A DNA stretch of 64,000 nucleotides, taken from assembly GCA_046759165.1 (NCBI GenBank), contig JBHIBS010000001.1, forward strand, positions 1-64,000. Reading direction: 5' to 3'. The notes under the pieces were generated by a model. It saw only the letters and a list, made by a program, of their open reading frames with translations, searched no databases and had not been told where the DNA came from. Every line of letters starts with the position of its first letter. The first letter of the stretch is position 1. The translations under genes were made by a program, and so were the position numbers. Below, piece by piece: positions 1 through 10,572 of the stretch. Source of the stretch: a bacterium (GTDB taxonomy: Bacteria; UBA6262; WVXT01).

Positions 1-28
1 AAAATTCGCTTTGTGAAGAAATTCCTTC

Positions 29-574
29 CTAACCTTTAGTTTTGTGACCGCCTATATATACATTAAGAAATGCCCGCTGACAGGCATAATTCACCCGGTC
101 ATGCGTGGTGAAAGTAGATACCAAGCGGGGTTTCCCCGGAAGACTGCGGACACGAGTGGAATGGACATCTGTCTTGTCTCCCAAGATTACTGCTGCTGTT
201 ATGGTGGTATCTGGGTCTACCTCTTTCTCTCCGTGGCCTCCAATTGCTCTAACAATCTGAGAAACTCCCTCCAGCGCCATTCCCATCTCAGTTAGGATAT
301 GCAAAGACAAAACTGCTCCAGATTGTGCGTGTTCACTCCTTCCTATGGTATTCCCTATATCGTGCAGATAACCTGCGATGCCGCCAAGCTCGCTTTCTCT
401 CTCCGAATATCCAAGATGTGTTAAAACGTTACGGGCAATATCTGCCGCTAAGTTGGCATGCCTGAAGCCGTGTTCCTTATAACCGATAGCCATCAAGTTG
501 TCATCGGCCTGTTTCAAAAAAGCTTTAACCTTGGGTGATTCCTGCACTTGGCGTAAGTTGATCACAGAAGTCAC
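29..574 (-). CDS. HD-domain phosphohydrolase, C-terminus apparently truncated
   Basis: EHG..HA, YLHDIGN, GDKTDV and HDRVNYA motifs; similarity to the family as I recall it ends at FLNV, followed by a short tail and TAG. Confidence 0.8.
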   Translation of the reverse strand: MTSVINLRQVQESPKVKAFLKQADDNLMAIGYKEHGFRHANLAADIARNVLTHLGYSERESELGGIAGYLHDIGNTIGRSEHAQSGAVLSLHILTEMGMALEGVSQIVRAIGGHGEKEVDPDTTITAAVILGDKTDVHSTRVRSLPGKPRLVSTFTTHDRVNYACQRAFLNVYIGGHKTKG

Positions 575-617
575 CCGCTTTTAAACCTAGTCACAGACGG
601 CTTCCTTTACCAAAGTT

Positions 618-1787
618 TCAAATGATGAACATAGCGTCGCCGTAACTGTAAAAACGGTACTTCTCTTCTATGGCTTCTTCGTATGCCTGGAAGATCTTTT
701 CCTTTCCAGCAAATGCTGCCACTAGCATTACGAGCGTAGATTCCGGCAAGTGGAAGTTGGTAATTAACCCGTCTATCACTTTAAATTCATAACCTGGATA
801 AATGAATAGTTCTGTCCAGCCTTTCCGAGGTTTTACTACGACCTTCTTTCCAAATTTGGCGGGAATTGATGGTGGGTTTTCCCCTACGCAGCATGATTCT
901 AAGGCTCTCACTGTGGTAGTTCCCACTGCTATAATTCGCTTTCCATTTTCTATAGCCTCATTAATTGCTCTGGCAGCAGGTACACTTAATTCAAAGTATT
1001 CGGCATCCAGCCTATGCCTGGTAATTTCAGCCCCTCTGACTGGTCTAAAGGTTCCCCAGCTTACGTGCAAAGTCAGGGGTACAACCTTAGCTCCTTTAGC
1101 TTCGATTCTTTTCAACAGCCTTCTCGTGAAGTGGAGCCCTGCGGTGGGAGCTGCTACTGCCCCTTCCTTTTTCGCAAATACCGTCTGATACCATCTCTTA
1201 TCCTGAAGTTTAAATCTACCGTGAGAATTTCTTCTAATATAAGGTGGAAGCGGGACTTCACCAATCTTTTCCAGGTTCTCTTCGAAAGTTCCTTTGAAGT
1301 TGAATCCGAAGATAAATTTCCCTTCTTCTCTAGATAAAACCGTGCCAAGTAAATATGGGTTTCCTGAGGGAGATGATTTTGCCCAACTGTTCCTCCAGAA
1401 GAATACCTCAATTCCTTCTCTTATTCTCCTTGCTGGCCTAACTATTGTCTCCCAAACTTCCTTGAAGTCCTCGCTTTTTCCCCAGAAATCACTGATTATC
1501 TTTTCCGGCTCCGCCAACCGCCTTAACAGGAGAACTTCTACTTTTCCCCCGGTATCCATTTTCCTTCCTAAAAGTCTAGCCGTTATTACTTTTGTATCAT
1601 TAATTACCAGTAAATCGCCGGGCTCGATCAGTCCTACTATGTCAACGAACCTTTTATGTTCCATCTGGCCTGTTCTTCTTGATAGTACCATCAGTCGACA
1701 GTAGTCTCTGGGCTTAGCAGGTCTCTGTGCAATAAGCTCTGAAGGTAAGGGGTAATCATATTCGTGGACCTCCGTTAATCTTCCCAT
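618..1787 (-). CDS. queA: S-adenosylmethionine:tRNA ribosyltransferase-isomerase
   Basis: YDYPLPSELIAQRP, VPLPPYI, AAPTAGLHF, TNFHLP, YSYGDAM. Confidence 0.97.
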   Translation of the reverse strand: MGRLTEVHEYDYPLPSELIAQRPAKPRDYCRLMVLSRRTGQMEHKRFVDIVGLIEPGDLLVINDTKVITARLLGRKMDTGGKVEVLLLRRLAEPEKIISDFWGKSEDFKEVWETIVRPARRIREGIEVFFWRNSWAKSSPSGNPYLLGTVLSREEGKFIFGFNFKGTFEENLEKIGEVPLPPYIRRNSHGRFKLQDKRWYQTVFAKKEGAVAAPTAGLHFTRRLLKRIEAKGAKVVPLTLHVSWGTFRPVRGAEITRHRLDAEYFELSVPAARAINEAIENGKRIIAVGTTTVRALESCCVGENPPSIPAKFGKKVVVKPRKGWTELFIYPGYEFKVIDGLITNFHLPESTLVMLVAAFAGKEKIFQAYEEAIEEKYRFYSYGDAMFII

Positions 1788-2935
1788 TTCTCAATCCTCG
1801 TTTTGGGATAATAGTATTGCAAAATTTGGCGGTAGTTGGCTCCCCTTTCAGCCATTCCCTTAGCGCCCCATTGACACAGGCCTACCCCATGTCCCCATCC
1901 TCGGCCGTAGAACTTTATTCTGTCACCCATCCGTTCCATTGCAAACAGTGTGCTCCTGATGAGGCTGGGATCCATAACCATCCTGAAACGGCTTGCTCTC
2001 ATGTCGAGGCGACCTCGATTGTGATAGATCCTTAAATAAGTTACTCTACCAGAGGAGCTTCTGCCTAAAATTCTAATCTTATTGATGTCTCCGAGATTGT
2101 ATCCATTTTCATTTAGCTTCTGTTTAATCATTTCTTTCTTTATCGTCTTTTCCCAGTAGTACTGGTAAGATTGTTTACAAAAGGGACAGACTACTCCTTC
2201 CAAATAGGGAACTCGCTCTTCGCCTTCCCAAACGTTGGAGACATCTTCTGTGTGTCCTCCACAATTACTGTGAAAAAAGCTCTTGATAAGTTCTCCCTTA
2301 TAGGTAACCACCTGTCCCCGGGTCAGATCGACTGCTTTGGATGTGCGGGAGTCCTCTGCTTCCACACCGCCATATACTTGAGAGGTTATTGTGGCTGAGA
2401 GGTCGAAGCCTTCTCTATCATGCTTTCCCAAATTTTTCATAACGTAGGTCCTGGAAACGACTGCCTGGGCTTTAAGAGCTTCCACAGACCACTCAGGAGA
2501 GACTTCCCGGGCCATTACCCCATAAAGGTATCCTTCTACTCCAAGTTCATTTATTACATTTAAGTTCCCTTTACCATTTAATGAAATTTTAATCCCATCT
2601 CGGTATCTTCGACCATTCACCCTGAGCATCTCACCATCAGAAAACGAATTAAACCGAGCCGATGGGCCAAATATTTTATTTCCAATTCTTATTCCCTTAG
2701 GGGCGGGCAAGATTAAGTAGATACTACTGGCCCTCAGTTTAAGGTGCCTTCCCCTTCCTAAATCGATGGCTTCAAAATCACCATCCGCACTAATATTGAC
2801 TGAATGAACGTTTTCTAAAATCCCTATCCGAATAATTGTTTCCGGTAAACGACCGCTCGCTAAAGACGGGGAGGGAAGAAGTATGGGGAAGATTAAAAGT
2901 ATCAATCTGGAAAAGAATCTAATTTCTGTTCGCAT
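1775..2935 (-). CDS. SpoIID/LytB-domain protein with N-terminal signal peptide
   Basis: EALKAQAVVSRTY, SQVYGG, FHSNCGGHTE, GWGHGVGLCQWGA; usual position upstream of queA. Confidence 0.92.
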   Translation of the reverse strand: MRTEIRFFSRLILLIFPILLPSPSLASGRLPETIIRIGILENVHSVNISADGDFEAIDLGRGRHLKLRASSIYLILPAPKGIRIGNKIFGPSARFNSFSDGEMLRVNGRRYRDGIKISLNGKGNLNVINELGVEGYLYGVMAREVSPEWSVEALKAQAVVSRTYVMKNLGKHDREGFDLSATITSQVYGGVEAEDSRTSKAVDLTRGQVVTYKGELIKSFFHSNCGGHTEDVSNVWEGEERVPYLEGVVCPFCKQSYQYYWEKTIKKEMIKQKLNENGYNLGDINKIRILGRSSSGRVTYLRIYHNRGRLDMRASRFRMVMDPSLIRSTLFAMERMGDRIKFYGRGWGHGVGLCQWGAKGMAERGANYRQILQYYYPKTRIEKWED

Positions 2936-3151
2936 CTACTTTCTTCCGAGAAACCAAAAGATTAAGGATAGAATTATGCTCAAAAGAATACAAGTAGTTA
3001 AGGGAAAATAGAACGTGAAATTGGGTCTCTTTATACAAATGTCTCCGGGTAACTTGCCAAGATATGGAATCTTGATTCCAATTGTGAGAATCAGCCCAAC
3101 CAATACCAGAACTATTCCAAAAATGATAAGAGTCTTTCCTAGAACATTCAT
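2936..3151 (-). CDS. DUF2905 small membrane protein
   Basis: LGKLPGDI...FYFPLTTCILLS; ruvB-DUF2905-spoIID-queA neighbourhood. Confidence 0.9.
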   Translation of the reverse strand: MNVLGKTLIIFGIVLVLVGLILTIGIKIPYLGKLPGDICIKRPNFTFYFPLTTCILLSIILSLIFWFLGRK

Positions 3152-3169
3152 TTCCTTTCCACTCTATTC

Positions 3170-3769
3170 TCAGACTGGAAAATATTTCTCCTTTTCACTG
3201 AAAATGCATCCGCAATAGTGCTGTCGATAAAGGCCCATTTTCTTGGAAATCTCTATGCCTTCTTGCCAACCAGTACGAAAGTCGAAATAGTAAAAATCTA
3301 TATCATACTGGTTTTTAAATTTCTCGCAAATATCTTTTATTAATTCATGTTTCTGAAACTTGCTATATAAGAGTGTTGTCGAAAAATAATCGTAGCCTTT
3401 CTGTTTTGCCTCTTTTAACAATTCCTTCAACCTAAGATTATAGCATTTCTCACATCTTTTCTCTTTTGTCCAGTGTCCAGGACTTCTTCCCTTGCCCACA
3501 GGAAAACTAGTCAAATCAAATTCTTTCCTAGTTGCTTCCAGCCACTCCTCTAAGGCATACTCGTCTTTCCAGATCATCGGTAAATTTTCCTTTTGGGAAA
3601 AATAACCCATTGTCATCATCCTGTTCTGATACTCGCTATAAGGGTGTATGTTAGGATTATACCAGAACCCATTGATTTCTAAATCTTTTGCTTCCACTTT
3701 CACTTGGCGTAACTTTCTTAATGGATAACAGGCGCAACTTGCACAACATACATGTAGTAAAAGTCTCAT
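3170..3769 (-). CDS. queH: Epoxyqueuosine reductase QueH (DUF208)
   Basis: LLLHVCCASC, YNPNIHPYSEY, RCEKCY, YRQHYCGC. Confidence 0.92.
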   Translation of the reverse strand: MRLLLHVCCASCACYPLRKLRQVKVEAKDLEINGFWYNPNIHPYSEYQNRMMTMGYFSQKENLPMIWKDEYALEEWLEATRKEFDLTSFPVGKGRSPGHWTKEKRCEKCYNLRLKELLKEAKQKGYDYFSTTLLYSKFQKHELIKDICEKFKNQYDIDFYYFDFRTGWQEGIEISKKMGLYRQHYCGCIFSEKEKYFPV

Positions 3770-3831
3770 TTAATTTTCTCTTCTGGGAATAAGTGTGGCA
3801 GAAATTCTCTTTTTTCTCTCAATAATTTAAA

Positions 3832-3859
3832 TAAAGCCTGTCTTGACTTACAGGCTTTA
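3832..3859. terminator. 10-bp perfect inverted repeat, possible terminator
   Basis: TAAAGCCTGT-8nt-ACAGGCTTTA, T-rich on the minus-strand 3' side, in the ruvB-queH gap. Confidence 0.45.
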
Positions 3860-3910
3860 GTGTTCAACTTCATCTGATTATATCTAAGCTCAGGACTACA
3901 CCCTAATAAA

Positions 3911-3967
3911 GCAGAGCCTCGCTCTGCCACTACATCCGATCACGGGTTGGATGAATCAAACCCCTAC
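3911..3967. repeat. GTAG-type REP doublet, copy 1
   Basis: GCAGAGCCTCGCTCTGCCACTACA + 8 nt + CGGGTTGGATGAATCAAACCCCTACA; related copies at 56469 and 60218. Confidence 0.8.
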
Positions 3968-4035
3968 ATTCAGCAAGCGCTGGAATTTCGTGTAGCGAGC
4001 ATTAGAATCTTTAGCCAAAAATCTAAGAAAAGATC

Positions 4036-4088
4036 TCATTACGAAGCAATCTCGAGATTGCCACGCTCCCCTCAGTAGCTCGCAATGT
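4036..4088. repeat. REP/MITE-like palindromic element, second family, copy 1
   Basis: Perfect 16-bp palindrome GCAATCTCGAGATTGC (4046-4061); reverse complement aligns by eye with 43041-43108. Confidence 0.65.
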
Positions 4089-4205
4089 CAGGCGCTATTC
4101 GAAGAGCAAAAAATTCTCTGCGAGCGAGCCAAATCCCGAGCATATTTTCCTCAGCGATGAAGACAATATCTTTTAATTCTCATCCCGATCTTTAATGGGG
4201 ATGTT

Positions 4206-5231
4206 TTAAAATAGTTCTTTTTGACCTTTAATAAAATCCTTGGCTAGCTTTAAATGTTGATAGGCTAATTTAGTGGCTACTCTCCCCCGAGGAGTGCGCT
4301 CCAGAAACCCAGATTGAATCAGGAAAGGCTCGTAGACATCGCTTACGGTTTCTGTCTCTTCGCCTACAGCCACTGCTACTGTCTCTAAACCCACCGGCCC
4401 TCCGGAAAATTTCTCAATGATTGTAGTCAAAATTTTTCGGTCCATATTATCCAATCCCATCCCATCGACCTCGAACATCTCCAGAGCTTTCTTTGCAATC
4501 TTCTCTGAGATTCTCCCGTCTGCTTTGACCTGTGAATAGTCACGGACTCTCCTTAGAAGTCGGTTAGCTACCCTGGGTGTAGCACGACTCCTGTGGGCGA
4601 TTTCCCTCGCTCCAGCCGTGTCCATGCCAATATTTAAAATTCTTGCTGAACGAAGAACTATCTGTTCTAGTTCGCTATCTGCATAGAAGTTGAGACGGGC
4701 TACAATGCCAAATCTCTCCCTTAGAGGCGATGTCAAGGAGCCTGCTCGGGTAGTTGCGCCGACTAACGTGAAATGAGGAAGTTGAAGTTTAATGTTTCTG
4801 GCGCTGGGACCTTGGCCGATTATTATATCCAAATTATATTCTTCCATTGCTGGGTATAACGCTTCTTCAACCACACGGTTAAGTCGATGGATCTCGTCAA
4901 TAAAGAAAACATCTCCGTCAGAAAGATCAGTTAGAAGGGCGGCCAAATCGCCCACTCGTTCCAGAATAGGACCGGAAGTTATCTTTATATTGACTTTTAA
5001 TTCATTGGCAATTATGTACGCAAGTGTCGTCTTCCCCAACCCCGGAGGGCTATAGAAAAGGCAATGGTCAAGGGCTTCTCTCCTCTTTTTTGCTGCCTCA
5101 AAAAATATCTTGAGATTTTCCTTCAATTTTGTTTGACCCACGAACTCTTTTAATGTCCTAGGCCTGAGTGTATAGTCGAACTTTCTCTCCTCTTCGTTCT
5201 TTACAGTGGGTGTTGTAATTCTCTCCTCCAT
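4206..5231 (-). CDS. ruvB: Holliday junction branch migration helicase RuvB
   Basis: [49 protein letters not shown]. Confidence 0.98.
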   Translation of the reverse strand: MEERITTPTVKNEEERKFDYTLRPRTLKEFVGQTKLKENLKIFFEAAKKRREALDHCLFYSPPGLGKTTLAYIIANELKVNIKITSGPILERVGDLAALLTDLSDGDVFFIDEIHRLNRVVEEALYPAMEEYNLDIIIGQGPSARNIKLQLPHFTLVGATTRAGSLTSPLRERFGIVARLNFYADSELEQIVLRSARILNIGMDTAGAREIAHRSRATPRVANRLLRRVRDYSQVKADGRISEKIAKKALEMFEVDGMGLDNMDRKILTTIIEKFSGGPVGLETVAVAVGEETETVSDVYEPFLIQSGFLERTPRGRVATKLAYQHLKLAKDFIKGQKELF

Positions 5232-5259
5232 TTCACCCTCTAAGTAGCAGGTAGAAAAT

Positions 5260-5862
5260 TCATAGATATTTTAATGCTTGTTTAATTATTTCTTCCGCCC
5301 GAGCATCTTGGCCCAAGGTTTCACATACAGAATTTACCGCTTCTCTTGCCTGCGAAACTCTGTACCCTAAAGCGACCAACCCACTTATGGCATCAGCAAT
5401 TTCCTGTTCGTTCCTGGCAATAAATCTCTCCTTTCCTGCAAACGATAAAATTTCTATCTTGTCTTTTAAACCCATGATCAACCTCTCTGTAGTCTTTTTA
5501 GTCAGGGCAAAAATCCCAGTCAGCACTTGCATATCTCCTGCAATTACAGCTTTTCTGAAATCTGGGAAAGATTTGGAAATCTTGGAGAGAATTTCTAACG
5601 CGCCCTTGGCTCCTATCTTCGAAATTGACCGCAGAATGAGAAACACTTCCCTCTCTTCTGGAGTTAGGAACCCGTAAAGCGCGCTTCCCTTGCCGTACAT
5701 GGATGCTGACATCCATGTGTAAATTTTGACTTCTGTTCCTTCGGGAGGTAGTTTTTCATACGTCGAGAGAGGAATTGAAATCTTGTAACCCACCCCTTGA
5801 GCTTCGACAACAATGCGGTCAGTTTCTTTGTCTTCCAATTTTCCTCGTAAAAAGTCAAACAT
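5260..5862 (-). CDS. ruvA: Holliday junction branch migration protein RuvA
   Basis: LRGKL..., GVGY, LYGF, ALGY; lies between ruvC and ruvB. Confidence 0.95.
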   Translation of the reverse strand: MFDFLRGKLEDKETDRIVVEAQGVGYKISIPLSTYEKLPPEGTEVKIYTWMSASMYGKGSALYGFLTPEEREVFLILRSISKIGAKGALEILSKISKSFPDFRKAVIAGDMQVLTGIFALTKKTTERLIMGLKDKIEILSFAGKERFIARNEQEIADAISGLVALGYRVSQAREAVNSVCETLGQDARAEEIIKQALKYL

Positions 5863-5908
5863 CTTTTAGTTCCCGTTGGCCGGCAAATTGAGCGGGGGAG
5901 GGTCGCGC

Positions 5909-6415
5909 CTACCTTCTCTTTCCCACTTTATCCATTCTCTGGGAATTGAGATGGCAAAGAGCTACAGCCAAGGCGTCCGCTGCGTCATCGGGCTTGGGTA
6001 TATCTTTTAGTCCTAATAAAACCTTGAGCATCTTTTGTATCTGTTTTTTTTCTGCCCGTCCATAGCCAACTAGAGATTGTTTAACTTGGAGGGGAGTATA
6101 CTCAGCTACAGGCAAATTTGCTTCAGCTGCTGCCAGAATAGCAACTCCTCTGGCTTCTCCCACACTTATTGCCGTCTTTACATTTTTAGCAAAAAAAAGC
6201 TGCTCTATGGCAGCAATATCTGGCTGATATTTTTTAATTACTCTACTGAGCTTTTTGTGTATCTCCTCCAACCTCCTTGAGAAGAGATTACTTCTATCAG
6301 TCCGTATACACCCATATGCCCCAACTTTATAAGCTTCCCCTTCTGTCCTCTTTATGATCCCCCAGCCTAAAGTAGCCGTTCCCGGGTCGATTCCCAAAAC
6401 AACCACATTCTTCAC
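5909..6415 (-). CDS. ruvC: Crossover junction endodeoxyribonuclease RuvC
   Basis: LGIDPG, EQLFF, EYTPLQVK, PDDAADALAVA. Confidence 0.97.
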   Translation of the reverse strand: MKNVVVLGIDPGTATLGWGIIKRTEGEAYKVGAYGCIRTDRSNLFSRRLEEIHKKLSRVIKKYQPDIAAIEQLFFAKNVKTAISVGEARGVAILAAAEANLPVAEYTPLQVKQSLVGYGRAEKKQIQKMLKVLLGLKDIPKPDDAADALAVALCHLNSQRMDKVGKRR

Positions 6416-6436
6416 CTAAAAGTTAACTTATGATTT

Positions 6437-7186
6437 TCAAGTCACCTTTTCCATTATCTCCTTCGGTATATCGAAGTTGGCATATACATTCTGAACATCA
6501 TCATTATTATCCAACCCATCCATGAGTCTCAGCATCTGCTCGGCCTTGCTTCCCTCAAGTTTAACATAGGTCTGCGGTAGCATAGTTATCTCCGCAGAAT
6601 TTATCTCAATATTTTTCTCCTCCAATGAAGTCTTTACCTTTTCAAAATCCTGGGGCTGAGTGATTATCTCGAAAAGGTCCTCGTCATCCGACTTCACATC
6701 TTCCGCGCCAGACTCCAGGGCTATTTCTATCAGTTCTTCTTCTCTTACTTTACTCTTATCTACAGAAATGTATCCCTTCTTGTTAAACATCCAGCTCACA
6801 CACCCAGCATCTCCCAAGTTCCCCCCATGTCTGGAGAACGCTTTTCTTACCTCTGCAGTTGCACGGTTCTTATTGTCGGTGGTTACTTCTACTAAAACTG
6901 CAACTCCGCCCGGACCATAACCCTCGTAAACCAGTTCTTCATAATTTACGCCTGGCAACTCTCCAGTACCACGCTGAACTGCCTTCTTAATATTGTCCCG
7001 GGGCACATTGACAGCCCTGGCTTTGTCGATGACAACTCTCAAACGGGGATTTCCAGCAGGATCGCCCCCTCCCTGCCTTGCTGCCACAGTGATCTCCCTT
7101 ATAATCTTACTGAAAATCTGGCCTTTTTTGGCGTCTACAATTGCTTTTTTATGCTTTATTCCGGCCCACTTAGAATGTCCGGACAT
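6437..7186 (-). CDS. yebC: YebC/PmpR family protein
   Basis: [35 protein letters not shown]. Confidence 0.96.
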   Translation of the reverse strand: MSGHSKWAGIKHKKAIVDAKKGQIFSKIIREITVAARQGGGDPAGNPRLRVVIDKARAVNVPRDNIKKAVQRGTGELPGVNYEELVYEGYGPGGVAVLVEVTTDNKNRATAEVRKAFSRHGGNLGDAGCVSWMFNKKGYISVDKSKVREEELIEIALESGAEDVKSDDEDLFEIITQPQDFEKVKTSLEEKNIEINSAEITMLPQTYVKLEGSKAEQMLRLMDGLDNNDDVQNVYANFDIPKEIMEKVT

Positions 7187-7357
7187 TTCTCAAATATCTC
7201 CTTTGGATAATGTGAACGAGTAGGTAAATTGCCTCAGAGTGTATTATTTTTTATTATTTTATCATAAAACCTTAACCTTTGTAAAGAGAAAATCCGTGAT
7301 AAACAACTCTTCAGAAGCAGCTAAGGTGCCCTACATGTTACATGTAATAAGCCTTAA

Positions 7358-8311
7358 CTACGCAATGCCTAAATTCTGAAGGTAGCCTCGGGAACTGATG
7401 ACATCTTCTCTCAATGAGATGTCATGAGGTTCCAGTACTTTGATGGTGTGATGGTTCAAATAGGAACTAACGATTTCAAAGTTTATCTCGCCGTTTCCAG
7501 GACTGTGATGGTCGGAAAAGCCAATTATATCATGGAGATGAATTCCCAGCAATTTGTCAGAATACTCCTTCAAAAAACTTTCATCTGAGTCTACTAAACC
7601 CAGCTTCTGGGCAACCCGAGCGTGGCCGGTATCGTGCCAATAATAAACATTCTTACCTGGAAAATGTTCCAAGATTAATCTTATCTCTTCAAAACTCGGA
7701 ATTTCATGATGGAAAAATCTATTCTCCATGCCGAGTTTTATATTGAATCTCTCTGAATAATTACTAATTTCCTCTAAGCTCTTTAGTGTATTTGAAAAGT
7801 ACACAGCCTTTTCCTTCTCCCGTCGATTGAGTACCTCCGATATCAATTTTTTACACAGACCTCTCTTTCCCTGAGCACAATAGTTAAAAATCTCTTTTGC
7901 TCGGCTTTCTATTGCTACCTCTCCTGCATGAATAACCACTGCCTCTGCATTCAAAAGATGAGCGAAATCAATGGTTCTCTTGGTAAGCTCAACTGCCTTC
8001 TTCCTCTCTTCACCATCACACGAAGAGAGGAGATAAGCACCCATAAGGGACCGACCTGATGGGACTTTAGTGAGTTTGGGGCAAAAATTATGTAAGGACA
8101 CAATTTTAATTTTTCCTTTTTTGTAAAGAACTAATATTTCATCGAGCATTTGTTCAGTCACCTCGACATTCAATTCTATTGCCGAAAATCCCATGTCTAT
8201 AATTTCTTCAACTAAGCTTTTCCCGTTCTGATATCTTTTTACATTCCAGGCAGTAGATAGAGCCAACAATGTTCTTCCCTCCAAATAATTCAGACAAAAG
8301 ACTTTAGACAC
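7358..8311 (-). CDS. Sugar phosphate isomerase/epimerase (AP endonuclease 2-like TIM barrel); true start may be a few codons downstream
   Basis: SLHNFCP, GMENR, HDTGHA, HLHD, DHHSPG metal-binding motifs. Confidence 0.85.
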   Translation of the reverse strand: MSKVFCLNYLEGRTLLALSTAWNVKRYQNGKSLVEEIIDMGFSAIELNVEVTEQMLDEILVLYKKGKIKIVSLHNFCPKLTKVPSGRSLMGAYLLSSCDGEERKKAVELTKRTIDFAHLLNAEAVVIHAGEVAIESRAKEIFNYCAQGKRGLCKKLISEVLNRREKEKAVYFSNTLKSLEEISNYSERFNIKLGMENRFFHHEIPSFEEIRLILEHFPGKNVYYWHDTGHARVAQKLGLVDSDESFLKEYSDKLLGIHLHDIIGFSDHHSPGNGEINFEIVSSYLNHHTIKVLEPHDISLREDVISSRGYLQNLGIA

Positions 8312-8365
8312 GTCGCAAGATTCAGACTGATCTTTCGAACTAAAGAACTAAGCGGCCCATGTAGG

Positions 8366-10399
8366 TCATCTTCCTTCCTCCTTTGCCCTTTGGTAAGCTT
8401 CAATCAGAGGCTGACTAACATTTGCTGGTGCTTCTTCATAATTGGAAAATTTCATTTTATGTTCTCCACTTCCCTTGGTCAATGAGCGGAGGTCTGTAGC
8501 ATAATTGAAAAGTTCTCCCTGCGGAACCAATGCTTTTATCACCTGTTTCTTGCCCTCACGGTTCATGCCCAAAACTCTCCCCCGTCGGGTATTTAGATCT
8601 CCCATTACACTGCCCATGAACTGCTCAGGAACAATCGCTTCCACTTCCATAATCGGCTCTAAAATAAAAGGCTGTGCCTGCTCCACCCCTCTGCGCAGTG
8701 CCATGCTACCAGCGATCTCGAAGGCTAAATTAGAAGAGTCGACTTCGTGGAAACTACCATCGTAAAGAGTCACTTTGATATCCACTACAGGATAGCCAGC
8801 AATTACTCCCCTTTCCATGGATTGTTTAATTCCCTTCTCCACAGCGGGAATATATTGACTGGGAATTGCACCGCCAAAAATCTTATTAACAAATTCAAAT
8901 CCTCTACCTTTTTCCAAAGGTTCGGTTTTAATCCAGCAATCGCCATACTGACCACGGCCTCCGGACTGTCTCTTATATTTTCCCTGAACCTTAGCAGCAC
9001 CGCGAATGGTCTCCTTATAGGCAATCTTAGGTCTTCTCAATTCTACCTCCGCGCCATATCTCGTCTTGACTCTTCTCGACATAATTTCTAACTGGAGACT
9101 GCCCATTCCAGATAAAATCATTTCTTTCGTTTCTTTATTTATCTCATACTTAAGAGTAGGATCTTCACGGATGGCTGTAGATAAGGCATTGGCTATCTTC
9201 TCTTCTTCACCTTTCGATTTGGGATAGATAGCCATGTTTACGACTGGTTCCGGAAAGCTTATCTCGGGGATGGAGATCCTATTTTTTGGGTCACAGAGCA
9301 CATCGTTCGTCCTGGTCTCCTTCAGCTTAACAACCGCGATGATCTCCCCTACCTCTCCTTCCTTCGTGTCAATACGCGTTTTTCCGCGCACAAAGGCAAT
9401 TTGACCCAATCTTTCAGAGGAACCTTTGGTGTTATTAAAGACGTCCAACCCAGATGATATTTTACCTGAATATATCTTTAAGTAGTTTATTATCCCCAGA
9501 TGAGGCTCAGAAAAAGTCTTAAACACCAATGCTGAAAACGGCCCATTTGGATCAATCCTAACCTTTCTCTCTATTTCAATAGGCGAAGGTGCATACTCTA
9601 CCAGAAAGTCTAAAAGTTGACCGATGCCAATATTTCGCAACCCGGAACCACAAAGAACAGGCACGATTTTGTGCTCAATAATTCCTTTCTTGAGAGCTTC
9701 CCTCGTCTCTTCAGCGCTCAATTCTTGACCTTCCAGATACTTCTCAATCAGCGTGTCTTCTGAAGAAGCGATTACCTCGACCAATTTTTCTCTATATTCT
9801 TTAGCTTTTGCTGCCATTTCTTCGGGTATTTCCACCTCTTTTCCTTCAACTATGGCCTTGTTAATAATCAGATTAATTACTCCGGAAAACTCGTTACCGG
9901 AACCGATCGGAATAGAGATCGGCGCAATATTGGGAGTTAATTTCTCTTTCAAACTTTCCATTACTCTATCGAAATTGACATTCTCCTTATCCATGCGGTT
10001 AATGAAGATTATAGGTGGTTTTTTACTTTTCTGAACATATTCCCAGCTCTTTTCAGTCCCCATCTCTACACCATTAGCAGCACAAATGTTAACAATGGAA
10101 GTTTCCACAACGTAAAGAGCTCCCATCACTTCACCAACAAAATCGGCATACCCGGGAGTATCGATGATGTTAATTTTTTTATCTTTCCATTCGCAGAAGG
10201 CGATCGACGAATTGATGGAAATCTTCCTCTCAATCTCATCCGGGTTGTAATCGCAGACGGTATTGCCAGACTCTACTTTCCCTAACCTATCTATAGCCTT
10301 CGCTGAAAATAAAATTGCCTCGGCCAATTGGGTTTTTCCTGTTGACCCACTACCCACTATAGAGATATTTCTTAGATCTTCCACTTTATACTTCTTCAT
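8366..10399 (-). CDS. fusA: Elongation factor G paralogue (EF-G2-like)
   Basis: Full EF-G architecture (DTPGYADF, KRQSGGRGQYG, HEVDSS) but non-canonical G1 GSGSTGKT and G4 NRMD; not in the str operon. Confidence 0.9.
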   Translation of the reverse strand: MKKYKVEDLRNISIVGSGSTGKTQLAEAILFSAKAIDRLGKVESGNTVCDYNPDEIERKISINSSIAFCEWKDKKINIIDTPGYADFVGEVMGALYVVETSIVNICAANGVEMGTEKSWEYVQKSKKPPIIFINRMDKENVNFDRVMESLKEKLTPNIAPISIPIGSGNEFSGVINLIINKAIVEGKEVEIPEEMAAKAKEYREKLVEVIASSEDTLIEKYLEGQELSAEETREALKKGIIEHKIVPVLCGSGLRNIGIGQLLDFLVEYAPSPIEIERKVRIDPNGPFSALVFKTFSEPHLGIINYLKIYSGKISSGLDVFNNTKGSSERLGQIAFVRGKTRIDTKEGEVGEIIAVVKLKETRTNDVLCDPKNRISIPEISFPEPVVNMAIYPKSKGEEEKIANALSTAIREDPTLKYEINKETKEMILSGMGSLQLEIMSRRVKTRYGAEVELRRPKIAYKETIRGAAKVQGKYKRQSGGRGQYGDCWIKTEPLEKGRGFEFVNKIFGGAIPSQYIPAVEKGIKQSMERGVIAGYPVVDIKVTLYDGSFHEVDSSNLAFEIAGSMALRRGVEQAQPFILEPIMEVEAIVPEQFMGSVMGDLNTRRGRVLGMNREGKKQVIKALVPQGELFNYATDLRSLTKGSGEHKMKFSNYEEAPANVSQPLIEAYQRAKEEGR

Positions 10400-10437
10400 A
10401 GGATCTCCCTCATGTAAATTTAATCACATTGAATTTT

Positions 10438-10466
10438 ATTTTATGACAAATTAATTTAGGTGTCAA
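10438..10466 (-). promoter_or_regulatory. Sigma70-type promoter of the EF-G2 gene
   Basis: TTGACA-17nt-TAAAAT on minus strand. Confidence 0.65.
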
Positions 10467-10572
10467 GTTAAAAATCCATGAGTATCGCTACCGTCGTAAG
10501 AAAGAAAATAAAAAAGGAACCCAGCTAAAAATCGGATTCCTTAATAGAGCTTGTCCAATCTGATTTCTACTC

